A program made the translations under genes and the position numbers. This document shows positions 24,773 to 33,769 of a stretch of 64,000 bases of DNA, piece by piece. A model generated the notes under the pieces. It did not search any database. It had not been told where the DNA came from and saw nothing but the letters and a program-made list of their open reading frames with translations. Each line of letters opens with the position of its first letter. Position 1 is the stretch's first letter. Source of the stretch: Myxococcota bacterium (lineage in GTDB: Bacteria; Myxococcota_A; UBA796; CAJQPC01); NCBI GenBank assembly GCA_036012755.1, contig DASCPX010000193.1:12365-76364 (forward strand), written 5' to 3'.

Positions 24773-25507
24773 GTGCTCGGTGGGGACACTCTCTGGCGGG
24801 AGAGCGGCTCGGGCCCCCCGCTCTTGCTGCTGCACGGTGTGCCGACCTCGTCCCTGTTGTTCCGAGACGTGATGGACCACCTGCCAGGGCGCGTCATCGC
24901 CCCGGACCTCCCGGGCTACGGGGACAGCGCACCGCTGCGGGCCGTGGACCTCGGGGCCTACGTCGACTGGCTCGAGGCCTTCCTGTCCATGCTCGGGCTC
25001 GACTCTGTCACCGTCGCCGGGCAGGACTTCGGGGCCTACCTCGGCGCCGGGCTGGCGGGACGCGGCAGGGTGGAGGCTCTGGTGCTGACCTCGACGGCGC
25101 TTTCATGGGGCTGGGCGCCCTCTGTCCTGGCGGCGCTCCCACCCTTCGACCGGCTCTTCTACAGCCTCTTTGGCGGGCGCGCCTACCTCGCCCGTGCAGA
25201 GCGCGGGCAGGTGCTGACGGCCCTGCACGTGGGTCGCATCGAGTCCGACCCGGACCTTGTGGGGCGCATGCGTCGCACGGCGCTTGCGATCCGAGGCGTC
25301 GATCCAGAGCCCCTGCGACAGATCCCGACGACCTGCATCTGGGGCTCGGAGGATCCGCTCTTCCCAGCGTGGATGGGCCGCCGGACCGCAGCTGCCATCG
25401 GGGCACGGTGGCAGCTCATCGAGGGCGGACGACACACGTTGCCCTGGGATCGACCGCTTCAGTGGGCCGCGGCGGTGAGGGAGTTCCTTCAAGGCAACCC
25501 CGACTGA
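24773..25507 (+). CDS. alpha/beta-fold hydrolase (Asp-nucleophile type elbow)
   Basis: GTG start. Blocks: PPLLLLHGVPTSS, the elbow VAGQDFGAYLG (G-x-D-x-G, as in dehalogenase/epoxide-hydrolase-like members), and C-terminal GGRHTLPWDRP (His). Confidence 0.75.
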   Translation: MLGGDTLWRESGSGPPLLLLHGVPTSSLLFRDVMDHLPGRVIAPDLPGYGDSAPLRAVDLGAYVDWLEAFLSMLGLDSVTVAGQDFGAYLGAGLAGRGRVEALVLTSTALSWGWAPSVLAALPPFDRLFYSLFGGRAYLARAERGQVLTALHVGRIESDPDLVGRMRRTALAIRGVDPEPLRQIPTTCIWGSEDPLFPAWMGRRTAAAIGARWQLIEGGRHTLPWDRPLQWAAAVREFLQGNPD

Positions 25508-25537
25508 TCCGTTGGGTCCGGCAGGAGGGTCCACCCA

Positions 25538-26527
25538 ATGGCGGCCGCTTGTCCCCAGCCCGACCTCGTGAGCTTGATTCGAGCAGGCGAGGTCGAGGAC
25601 CTTCGCGGAGCCTGGCTCGTCGACGCCGATCTCACCGGTGTCGATCTGACCGGCGCGGACCTGTCCGGCGCGGACCTGTCCCGGGCGAAGCTCGCCGGAG
25701 CCACGCTGATGCTGGCGGACCTCTCGGAAGCGACGCTCTTCGAGGCGGATCTCAGCGGAGTCGAGGCGACCGGTGCTTGCTTCCGAAAGGCTCACCTGAG
25801 CCACTGCAAGGCCCCCGAGGCTGGCTTTGGGCGGGCCGACTTCACCGGCGCCGAGCTCGTCGGTGCCTCCTTCGAGGGGGCCAGCTTCACCCAGGCGACA
25901 CTCGACGACGTCGACGCCCGCACGGCCGACTTCTCGAAGGCCCGCCTGACCGAGGCCTCCGTCCAGGGGAGCGACTTCACTCGCGCGCGGCTCTGCGAGA
26001 CCGATCTCCAGGATGCCAGGGTGGACGGCGCGTTCTTCCAGCGGGCGGACCTCCGCGGCGCCAGCTTCAGGGGAGTGCGCGGCTACCCGACCGCGAACTG
26101 GGTGGGCGCGGACCTTCGCGACGCCGACTTCTGCGGCGCCTACCTGCTCCGCCGCGAGGCCATCGACCAGAACTTCCTCTGGGAGTTCCGACGCCACAGC
26201 CGCACCAACGCGATGCTCTACATGGCCTGGAAGGCCACCTCGGACTGCGGTCGCAGCGTCGCGCGCTGGGCGACGCTCACCGGCTTCATCGCCTTGTTGT
26301 TCGCCGGAGCCTACTGCTTCGTCCCGATCGACTTCGGAGGCGACGAGACCTGGCTGTCGCCGCTCTACTTCTCGGTCGTGACGCTGACGACCCTCGGCTA
26401 CGGCGACGCCCTGCCGACCAACGTCCTGAGCCAGGTGGTGGTGATGGTGGAGGTGGTCCTCGGCTACGTGATGCTCGGAGGTCTGCTCAGCATCTTCGCG
26501 AACAAGATGGCGTCCCGAGGAGAGTGA
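25538..26527 (+). CDS. pentapeptide-repeat domain fused to a 2-TM K+-channel pore
   Basis: About 200 aa of A(D/N)LxG-type pentapeptide repeats (ADLTGVDLTGADLSGADLSRAKLAGATL...). Then TM1 (WATLTGFIALLFAGAYCF), a pore helix plus selectivity filter LYFSVVTLTTLGYGD, and TM2 (VVVMVEVVLGYVMLGGLLSIF). Confidence 0.85.
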   Translation: MAAACPQPDLVSLIRAGEVEDLRGAWLVDADLTGVDLTGADLSGADLSRAKLAGATLMLADLSEATLFEADLSGVEATGACFRKAHLSHCKAPEAGFGRADFTGAELVGASFEGASFTQATLDDVDARTADFSKARLTEASVQGSDFTRARLCETDLQDARVDGAFFQRADLRGASFRGVRGYPTANWVGADLRDADFCGAYLLRREAIDQNFLWEFRRHSRTNAMLYMAWKATSDCGRSVARWATLTGFIALLFAGAYCFVPIDFGGDETWLSPLYFSVVTLTTLGYGDALPTNVLSQVVVMVEVVLGYVMLGGLLSIFANKMASRGE

Positions 26528-26528
26528 G

Positions 26529-27362
26529 ATGTTCGCTGCCCTGAAGAGCATGTTCGATCCGAAGCAGAAGCTCCGCGAGACCCTCGGCGACTCGGCCCTG
26601 CCGAGCTTCAAGGCCGTCACGATGCAGACCCTCCGCAAGCTGCGGGATCCGGAGGCCTCGTCCCAGGAGATCGCCAAGCTCGTGGCCAGCGACCCGGGGC
26701 TGTCCGTCAAGGTCCTCTCGACCGTGAACTCGGCGGCCTTCGGTCTGCGCAGGCCGGCCACCGATGTCGGCCACGCCATCAACCTCCTCGGGCGCGGCGG
26801 CGTGGAGGGCATCGTGCTCGGAGTCGCGGTCAAGAACGCCCTCCCGATGGACGGCGCCGATGGCTACGACCCCATCATGTTCTGGCGGGCCGCGGCTGTC
26901 CGCGCTGCAACCGCGAAGGCGCTCGCCGACGCCCTGGACCCGAAGCACCGCATGCTCAGCTTCACCGCCGGGCTGCTCCAGGACATGGCCGTGCCCCTGC
27001 TCGCCCACCGCGCCTCCGGCTATGGCCGCGTCCTGCGGGCCTGGCACTGCGGTGACGTCGAGTTGGAGGCGGCCGAGCGCCATGAGTACGGCTGGGACCA
27101 CGCAGAGGTCGCCGGCTGGCTCGCCTCCGACTGGGAGTTCCCGGCGGTCCTCGGAGACTCGATCGTCGGCCACCACGGCGGCTGCGACAGCCCCTTGCCG
27201 ATCCAGCTGGTCGGGCTCATCCACGAGGATCCACGCTTCGGCATGGACCGCGTGATGGACCTGGCCCGCGACCGCTGCGGCGCCGCCGCAGAGGAGCGAG
27301 TTCGCCGAGCGCTGATCCTCGGCCAGGAAAACGGGGCCGCCATGGCGGGGTTGTTCCGATAG
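26529..27362 (+). CDS. HDOD domain protein
   Basis: The ATG lies 1 nt after the channel gene stop. HDOD pattern: LPSFKAVTMQTLRKLRDPEASSQEIAKLVASDPGLSVKVLSTVNSAAFGLRRPATDVGHAINLLG...GLLQDM...GWDHAEVAGWL...HH. Confidence 0.8.
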   Translation: MFAALKSMFDPKQKLRETLGDSALPSFKAVTMQTLRKLRDPEASSQEIAKLVASDPGLSVKVLSTVNSAAFGLRRPATDVGHAINLLGRGGVEGIVLGVAVKNALPMDGADGYDPIMFWRAAAVRAATAKALADALDPKHRMLSFTAGLLQDMAVPLLAHRASGYGRVLRAWHCGDVELEAAERHEYGWDHAEVAGWLASDWEFPAVLGDSIVGHHGGCDSPLPIQLVGLIHEDPRFGMDRVMDLARDRCGAAAEERVRRALILGQENGAAMAGLFR

Positions 27363-27371
27363 ACAGGAAGC

Positions 27372-28391
27372 GTGCTCGCCCTCCTCTGCGGACTCGCGCT
27401 CGGCTCGGAACCCCCGGATTTCGCCGAGTGGGCCACGCGACAGACCCCGCCAGAGGACCACCCCGAGCGCGCCGAGGGCTGGGACTTCGCGGCGGAGCTG
27501 TTCGCGCGGCTAGCGCGCGTGGTGGAAGACAACGAGACCACCTCTACGTTGTTGGTGGGACGTTCGGTCGAGAAGCGCCCGATCTGGGGCTTCCGGGTCC
27601 AGGATCCCGGGGTCGAGCCAGAGCAGGAGCTCCTGGTCATCGCCCAGCTCCACAGCCTCGAGTGGATCGGCCCGGAGGTGGCCGTCGCGTTCCTGGAAGG
27701 CATCGCGTCAGCCCCGCCTCCGGGGGTCGTCGTCACGGTCGTACCCATCGTGAACCCCGACGGCCGGTGGCGCTCGGAGCAGGACCTGCTCAACGACGAG
27801 GTGCGCAGCTACCGTCGAGCCAACGCCAACGGCGTGGACCTCAACCGCGACTGGTCCATGCACCGCGACAGCGACGTCATCTGGTCGAAGCTGCCCTGGA
27901 CGCGGCGCCACTATTACAGCTCACCTGCGCCGCTGTCCCAGCCCGAAACCCAGGCGGTCGACCGGCTCGCCGCTGAATCGCCGCCCGACGCCTTCGTGAG
28001 CCTCCATGCCTTCGGCGGCTACGTCGAGACACCCTGGGGCGGCGTCTACGAGCCCCCGCCCGACGACGAGCGACTGAAGGCCACTGCCTACGAGATGGCC
28101 GAGGCCATGCCGCACCGACCCTACCGGGTCATCCAGATCAACCACTGGGTGCGCACCTTTCGCGCGCTCGGCTGCGAGGTCGACCACTTCTACGGGGTCT
28201 ACGGCGCGGACGCCTTCCTCATCGAGCTGACCAGGAGCGGAATCACGCTAGCTCCTTCGACCTGGCGGGACTACTTCCGCTGGTACAACCCGGTGGACAA
28301 GACCGAACACGTCGACAACGGCGTGGCAGCGCTGGAGGCGCTCCTCCACCGCATGAGCGCAGAGTCGCGAGGCCTCATCGAGCCCTTGTAG
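27372..28391 (+). CDS. M14-family zinc carboxypeptidase
   Basis: GTG start. Blocks: AQLHSLEW (HxxE), VPIVNPDG, ANANGVDLNRDW, SLHAFGGY. Confidence 0.8.
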   Translation: MLALLCGLALGSEPPDFAEWATRQTPPEDHPERAEGWDFAAELFARLARVVEDNETTSTLLVGRSVEKRPIWGFRVQDPGVEPEQELLVIAQLHSLEWIGPEVAVAFLEGIASAPPPGVVVTVVPIVNPDGRWRSEQDLLNDEVRSYRRANANGVDLNRDWSMHRDSDVIWSKLPWTRRHYYSSPAPLSQPETQAVDRLAAESPPDAFVSLHAFGGYVETPWGGVYEPPPDDERLKATAYEMAEAMPHRPYRVIQINHWVRTFRALGCEVDHFYGVYGADAFLIELTRSGITLAPSTWRDYFRWYNPVDKTEHVDNGVAALEALLHRMSAESRGLIEPL

Positions 28392-28415
28392 GGAAACCAC
28401 GACACCCAGAAGGTA

Positions 28416-28448
28416 ATGCCCCGCTCGGGACCATCCCGAGCGGGGCAT
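28416..28448 (+). terminator. GC-rich hairpin downstream of the M14 gene
   Basis: ATGCCCCGCTCGG-gaccatc-CCGAGCGGGGCAT starts 25 nt after the stop. It has a 13-bp perfect stem but no clear U-tract follows (aatgaac). Confidence 0.45.
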
Positions 28449-28779
28449 AATGAACAGCGGATGTCAGTAGGGACCCGTCTCCAGGTCCAGTGGGCACCGA
28501 AACACTGCCGCCGAGAGGGAATTCTCTCAACGGGTTCACCAGGAATCCCTGGCGCCTACCGGCTTCCGCCGCCTGGCACACACTTCTAAAGCAAGGGGCG
28601 TGCCAACAGAAAAAGTGCAGTGATTCGGCCTGCTTCGAAAAAAGGGCCCTGCGACCCGAACGTCGCAGATGGGGACTCCGTACACCGATCTTGTGTTGGG
28701 GATTTCATACACCATCGGCGGCCTCGGGGATCGCCGGCTTGAAAGGTGGCCATCGCTGGGCGATCCTTGGGCCCACCGA

Positions 28780-30354
28780 ATGCCGGACACTCCACTCGAG
28801 CACGAGAACACCTCTGGACTCGTCGATCCCTTGATCGGCCGGGTGCTCGCGGGCCGGTTCCGGATCCTCGAGTGCATCGCCCAAGGCGGCATGGGGCGCA
28901 TCTACCGCGCAGAGCAGGCCCCGCTGGGCCGCACGGTGGCGGTGAAGGTCCTTCACCTCGACGCTCGCAACCAGGATGACGGCAACTTCCGCGAGCGCTT
29001 CTTCCGCGAGGCCTCGGTCTGCGCCCGCCTGACCCACCCGAACACGGTCCGCATCTTCGACTACGGGACCGACAACGGGGTCTACTTCATCGCGATGGAG
29101 TACCTGGAGGGGCGGACACTGAACGACCTCATCCGCAAGGAAGGGCCGCTGAGCATCGACCGCACGATCACCATCGCGCGCCAGATCTGCCGCTCGCTCG
29201 AGCAGGCCCACGGCCAGGGGGTGATCCATCGGGATCTGAAACCGGCCAACGTCTTCCTCGCTGCGCACGGGCCGGACGAGTTCGTGAAGGTCCTGGACTT
29301 CGGGCTCGTGAAGGCGGTCGACTCGAAGTCGCATGTCACCCAGACCGGGAACATCCTCGGCTCTCCCGCCTACATGAGCCCGGAGCAGGTCCTCGGCACG
29401 CCTGTGACCGGGCGAGCCGACGTCTACGCGCTGGGAGTCATCCTCTACGCCTGCGTGACCCGCAACCTGCCCTTCAAGCGGGACAATCCGCTGGCCGTGC
29501 TCAACGCTCAGGCCCACGCCGAGCCCCCACCTTTTTCGAAGACCGCACCTGACCTCGACATCCCCTGCTCGCTGGAGTGGGTCGTCATGCGCTGCCTCGA
29601 GAAGAAGCCAGAGGACCGCCTCGCCTCGATGGCGGAGCTCGAGCGAGCCTTGAAGCTCGTGGACATGGAGCTGCACGGATCCCTGGAGGGCTTCGACTGG
29701 CAGCTGACCGACGGGCGCCTGGACCTGCCCCCCGGGATCGAAGACTCGGGGATCGAACGCACCCCGCGACCTTCGCCGACGCCTTCCACGGCCGTCCAGG
29801 ATGCGCCGAGCAGCCCGACGCTGAACACGCAGCCGGACTCCGGCCGGCCGGTGAAGAAGTTCGTGCTCGCCGCGGTCATCGTGCTGCTCCTGGGCTTCGG
29901 GGCGATGTTGGCCCTGGCGGTCGGCTTCTTCGTCGCTCTCCAGCCCGAGCCGCTGGAGCCCACCGAGCCGGTCCCCGCAGAGGTCGAGGTCGTGGCGGAG
30001 CCTCCAGTCGACATCGCCGCGGAGCTGGGTTTCGAGCCCTCGGAGACCTCGGAGGCCTCGGAGGACGTGGGCTCGGAGGCCTCGGAGGACGTGGGCTCAG
30101 AGGCCCCCGTGGAGCTCACCGAGACGAAGAAGGCCACCCCGAAGACCACCAGGAAGACGACCTCGAACAGGGGTCGTGGGACCACTACGAAGCGGAGTCC
30201 GACGACCGGGACCACCGGCACCTCCACGACGAGCGAAGATCCGCCCGTCGAACCCCCTGACGAGGCCGGCGAGGGCCAGGACCCGGAGCAGGACCCTGAC
30301 GACTGGGGTAGCGTGAAGCCCGCCTCCGACCTCAAGGATCCCTGGGCAGATTGA
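28780..30354 (+). CDS. Ser/Thr protein kinase, single-pass membrane, acidic/Thr-rich extracytoplasmic tail
   Basis: Start ATG at 28780 inside track ORF 28669..30354. Hanks motifs: GQGGMGRIYRA, AVKVL, HRDLKPANVFL, DFGLVK, SPAYMSPEQ. TM segment FVLAAVIVLLLGFGAMLALAVGFFVAL. Confidence 0.9.
   Translation: MPDTPLEHENTSGLVDPLIGRVLAGRFRILECIAQGGMGRIYRAEQAPLGRTVAVKVLHLDARNQDDGNFRERFFREASVCARLTHPNTVRIFDYGTDNGVYFIAMEYLEGRTLNDLIRKEGPLSIDRTITIARQICRSLEQAHGQGVIHRDLKPANVFLAAHGPDEFVKVLDFGLVKAVDSKSHVTQTGNILGSPAYMSPEQVLGTPVTGRADVYALGVILYACVTRNLPFKRDNPLAVLNAQAHAEPPPFSKTAPDLDIPCSLEWVVMRCLEKKPEDRLASMAELERALKLVDMELHGSLEGFDWQLTDGRLDLPPGIEDSGIERTPRPSPTPSTAVQDAPSSPTLNTQPDSGRPVKKFVLAAVIVLLLGFGAMLALAVGFFVALQPEPLEPTEPVPAEVEVVAEPPVDIAAELGFEPSETSEASEDVGSEASEDVGSEAPVELTETKKATPKTTRKTTSNRGRGTTTKRSPTTGTTGTSTTSEDPPVEPPDEAGEGQDPEQDPDDWGSVKPASDLKDPWAD
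30049..30096 (+). repeat. perfect 24-nt tandem duplication (tcggaggcctcggaggacgtgggc x2) inside the kinase tail
   Basis: Read directly from the sequence. It encodes SEASEDVG twice and has partial copies on both sides. Confidence 0.9.
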
Positions 30355-31037
30355 CCCTCGCACTGCTGATGCTCCTCACCGGGAGCGCCCTCGCGCAGGA
30401 CTCCGACGCGCGCGCCAGGGAGCTCTATGAAAACGGCGCCATCCTCTACGAGGAGGGGCGCTACGAGGACGCGATCGTCGCCTGGGAGGAGGCCTATCGC
30501 CTCTCCGACCGCCACGCGCTGCTCTACAACATCGCCAACGCCTACGAGCGGCTGGGCCAGTACGAGGAGGCCATCGTCGCGCTGGGTCGCTACCGGGCCT
30601 ACGCCCCGGCCACCGAGCGCGAGGTCCTCGACCGCCGCCTGAGGAACATCGAGCGCCGCATGCTGGAGGAACAGGGCTCGTCGACCTCTACGGTCACGCC
30701 GGTGGATCCCACACCCAGGCCGGTCGAAGGCTCGACCATCCAGGCCCTGCCAGTCGGGCTCCTGAGCGTCGGCGCGCTGGCCCTGGGCACGGGCACGGCG
30801 ATGGCCATCCGCTCGCAGTCCGCCGGCGTCGAGCTGGAGGTCGCCTGCGTCGAGGGGATGTGCCCGGACAGCGCCCAGTCGCTGCTCGACAGGAACCGGC
30901 GATCGGCGATCATCGCCGACGTGGGCTTCGCGGTCGGCACGGCCGCAGCCGCGACGGGGGTCGTGGTGCTGGTGATCGACGGGCGAGCCACGGTCGCGCC
31001 GGTGCCGGGCGGGTTGGTCCTGGAGGGCCGCTGGTGA
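30351..31037 (+). CDS. secreted/membrane TPR-repeat protein
   Basis: The TTG start overlaps the kinase TGA (an alternative ATG is at 30369). Signal peptide LLMLLTGSALA. TPR-like helices (YEEGRYEDAIVAWEEAY, IANAYERLGQYEEAIVAL). There are two C-terminal hydrophobic segments. Confidence 0.75.
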   Translation: MTLALLMLLTGSALAQDSDARARELYENGAILYEEGRYEDAIVAWEEAYRLSDRHALLYNIANAYERLGQYEEAIVALGRYRAYAPATEREVLDRRLRNIERRMLEEQGSSTSTVTPVDPTPRPVEGSTIQALPVGLLSVGALALGTGTAMAIRSQSAGVELEVACVEGMCPDSAQSLLDRNRRSAIIADVGFAVGTAAAATGVVVLVIDGRATVAPVPGGLVLEGRW

Positions 31038-32497
31038 TCCTGCTCGTCCTCGGCTGCACCCTCGCCCGCTATGAGCAGGTCGACTGCGTGGACCACGGCG
31101 AGTGCCGGGAGACCTTCGGGCTGCTCTGGGTGTGCGGCGAAGAGGGCTTGTGTGCCGAGTCCGAGCCCCACCCACGGTGCCTCTCGACCTGGCCGGACGA
31201 CCTCTTCATCCGACCCGAGAACTACGGCGACCACATCCTGATCGGCTCGATGTTCGACCACTCCTCCGACGCAGCCGAGGTCCAGGCTTCTCGGCTGCCA
31301 GTCATGCAGGTCTCCGACGAGGGCGGCGTAGAGGACACCGAATACGCCATGGTGGAGTGCTCCTACGAGACCGACTCCTCCCTGGACGAACTCGACTATC
31401 CGAGCTCCGCGAGGGAGACCTCGCAGTGGATGGTGGACGTGCTCGGCATCCAGGGAATCGTCGGTCCGGCGACGTCCTCCCAGACCCAGGAGGCCTACAA
31501 CGCGACCGCGGACCGAGGGGTGCTCATCATGAGCCCCTCGGCGACCTCGCCGACCTTGATCAACATCGATGGTCTCGAGAAGACCGACGAGGACCCCGGC
31601 ATGCTCTGGCGGACCGCCCCGCCCGACTCGCTCCAGGGGGTGGCCGTCGCAGAGGACATGAAGAGCCGTGGCCTGCGGGACGTGGCCGTCATGTACCAGA
31701 CCGGCCCCTACGGCGAGGGCCTCGCGGAGGTCTTCCTGGAGAGCTTCCAGGACGACTCGCACGACGCCGTCGCGCTGGAGTTCGAGACGACCACCGAGAT
31801 CACGGAGGGCACAAGCGATCTGTTCGTTGACGAACCGGGGCTAGAGGAGGTCTTCTTCATCTCCAGCGAGCTCACGGACATCACGGCCTTCATCAACGCC
31901 GCTGGAGAACTCAGCGCCTTCACCAGCGATGGCGCCGGCATCTTCCTCGCGGACGGCGCCGCGGATGACCAGCTCTTCGAGCAGACGGACTCGGACCTCT
32001 ACGACAGCATCCGCGGGACCCGACCATCGGTACCCAGCGGTCTCGTCTACGAGACCTTCGCCTCGGCCTATGCGGCGGCCTATCCGGGAGACAAGGCGGA
32101 CGACTCGGTCTACACGGCCTACGCCTTCGACGCGACCTGGCTCGTGATCTACGGCACAGCCTGGTCGTACTACCGAGACGGCGAAGCGGGGGTGATCGAC
32201 GGCCGCGGCATCGGCCAGGGCCTGCGGCGGATCTCCAACGGCACGGAGATCCTCATCCGTCCGACCTACTGGAACGACGTCAAGGCGCGGTTCTCCCTGT
32301 CCCAGGGTATCGACGTGCAGGGGGCCTCTGGCGTGCTGGACTACGACCCGGACACGGAAGAGACGACGGCGCCGATCGAGGTCTGGCAGATCAACTCATG
32401 GGGCGATGGCTTCGAGCACTGCAAGACCTTCTGCTGGGAAGACGGCGCCCCCGTCGAGTGCACCTTGGGAACCGAGGTCGACTGCGGCGACGACTAG
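31034..32497 (+). CDS. lipoprotein, type-I periplasmic binding protein (LivJ/ANF-receptor-like) with Cys-rich N-terminal module
   Basis: GTGA overlap with the TPR gene. N-terminus VILLVLGC (lipobox). Blocks: IVGPATSSQTQEAY, LIMSPSATSP, LWRTAPPDSLQG, DVAVMYQTGPYGEGL, YAFDATWLV. Confidence 0.75.
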   Translation: MILLVLGCTLARYEQVDCVDHGECRETFGLLWVCGEEGLCAESEPHPRCLSTWPDDLFIRPENYGDHILIGSMFDHSSDAAEVQASRLPVMQVSDEGGVEDTEYAMVECSYETDSSLDELDYPSSARETSQWMVDVLGIQGIVGPATSSQTQEAYNATADRGVLIMSPSATSPTLINIDGLEKTDEDPGMLWRTAPPDSLQGVAVAEDMKSRGLRDVAVMYQTGPYGEGLAEVFLESFQDDSHDAVALEFETTTEITEGTSDLFVDEPGLEEVFFISSELTDITAFINAAGELSAFTSDGAGIFLADGAADDQLFEQTDSDLYDSIRGTRPSVPSGLVYETFASAYAAAYPGDKADDSVYTAYAFDATWLVIYGTAWSYYRDGEAGVIDGRGIGQGLRRISNGTEILIRPTYWNDVKARFSLSQGIDVQGASGVLDYDPDTEETTAPIEVWQINSWGDGFEHCKTFCWEDGAPVECTLGTEVDCGDD

Positions 32498-32504
32498 TGC
32501 CCGT

Positions 32505-32527
32505 CCAGGGGGGCCCTGCCCCCCGGG
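32505..32527. terminator. G6/C6 hairpin between convergent genes
   Basis: ccaGGGGGGccctgCCCCCCggg lies in the 39-bp gap between the stops at 32497 (+) and 32537 (-). It has a short stem and no U-tract. Confidence 0.3.
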
Positions 32528-32536
32528 CCTACGGCC

Positions 32537-33739
32537 CTACAATCCCCCCACCCAGGTCCGGATCTCGCTCGGGCGCTCGGCGGTCCACTCGAGGAAACAG
32601 GCGACCCGCGCGTCCCGGTCCTCTACGGTCCAGTTGACCGATGTCTCGAGCGGCGGGTAGTCCTCGAGCATGTCCCGGTTGCGCTCCATGGCATCTACGA
32701 GGTCGGCTGACTCCATCCAGTCCGCGACCCCGAGCATCGCCGCTCCAAGGTCCTCTCGGCAGCCCTCGTCGGACATGCAGAACGAGCCCAGCCAGCCCAC
32801 CGAACTGGATGTGTCGACGTCCCGGTACAGCGGCTCGCAGTCGGGGTTGGCCGCCGAGGGCGGGTAGGCGTAGATGAACGTGGAGTCCGCACCCCAGGGA
32901 GACAGGCTCAGTCGGTCCTCGGCCGGGTCGTGGTAGACGAAGAAGTTGTTGAGGTTGAAGCTGTAGCTGTCGGGGTGGTTCACCGCTCGCTCGACAGCCA
33001 GGAAGGCTATCAATGCCTCCCAGTCGAAGGCCCCCATCAGCGCCTCCGCGGTGCCCTCGGCGACCGCCTCGCAACCGCGCACGAGTCCGTCTTCGTCGAA
33101 GTCGTCTCCGGTCTCCTGCAGATCGAAGCAGCTGCAGTCGCTGGTGAAGTCGCAGTTCCGGGTCATCTCCCACAGTCCGCCGTTGCTGTCGGGCCAGGTG
33201 TGGTCGATGAAGGCATCGTCCATCGACTCGAGGATCGCGTACAGACCCAGGTATCGATCGTTCAGGGTCACGGCAGCGTAGCCAGTGCGAGGGGCCGGAC
33301 TGCCGTTGGCCCGAAAGGTCCAGTAGGCCATGGTCTCCGCCATCATCGTCGGGTCCCAGACCTCGTTGTTCATCGTCAGGCGCTCGAGCCCATGCAGCCG
33401 CTGTCCCTCGACGTACTCGTCGAGCTTGATCTTCCAGGCGGGCTTCTGATCGACGGTCTGGAAGCTGGCGCTGCCCTTCAGCCGGACGCCCACGTGCTCC
33501 CAGGCGCTCCCCCCGAAGACCAGGCTCCCCTCCACCCAGACCGTGGGCTGAGCGCGCAGCGCCGCCACCGCCTCGTCCTCGAGGACGATGGTGACCTCGT
33601 GGACCAGGTGGGGGTCGAAGACCGGGTCGGAACCGGGCACCGACTCGACACCGGCGTCCGAGTCACCGGTCTCCCCGATCACGGGCAGGCTGTTTCCGGC
33701 GGTACAAGAGGACAACAGCGCAGGGAGGAGCACCGACAC
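32537..33739 (-). CDS. CotH-family (atypical kinase) lipoprotein
   Basis: 400 aa. N-terminus MSVLLPALLSSC (lipobox). CotH-like blocks: VGVRLKGSASF, KPAWKIKLDEY, LERLTMNNEVWDPTMMAE, YLGLYAILESMDD, VERAVNHPDSY..NNFFVYHDP, LSPWGADSTF. Confidence 0.7.
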   Translation of the reverse strand: MSVLLPALLSSCTAGNSLPVIGETGDSDAGVESVPGSDPVFDPHLVHEVTIVLEDEAVAALRAQPTVWVEGSLVFGGSAWEHVGVRLKGSASFQTVDQKPAWKIKLDEYVEGQRLHGLERLTMNNEVWDPTMMAETMAYWTFRANGSPAPRTGYAAVTLNDRYLGLYAILESMDDAFIDHTWPDSNGGLWEMTRNCDFTSDCSCFDLQETGDDFDEDGLVRGCEAVAEGTAEALMGAFDWEALIAFLAVERAVNHPDSYSFNLNNFFVYHDPAEDRLSLSPWGADSTFIYAYPPSAANPDCEPLYRDVDTSSSVGWLGSFCMSDEGCREDLGAAMLGVADWMESADLVDAMERNRDMLEDYPPLETSVNWTVEDRDARVACFLEWTAERPSEIRTWVGGL

Positions 33740-33769
33740 CCCCGCAGGCTACCGCGCGGACCCCTCACG

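Noticed and set aside
28574-28590. A TGGCAC hexamer in the long intergenic region, considered as a sigma-54 -24 box for the kinase operon.
   Set aside because: The correctly spaced -12 position reads TCTA, with no TTGC, so the consensus is not met.
28490-28834. A 114-aa ORF filling the long intergenic region.
   Set aside because: The composition is not coding-like (Cys/Arg/Trp-rich, no motif). Its 3' part is simply the out-of-frame start of the kinase gene.
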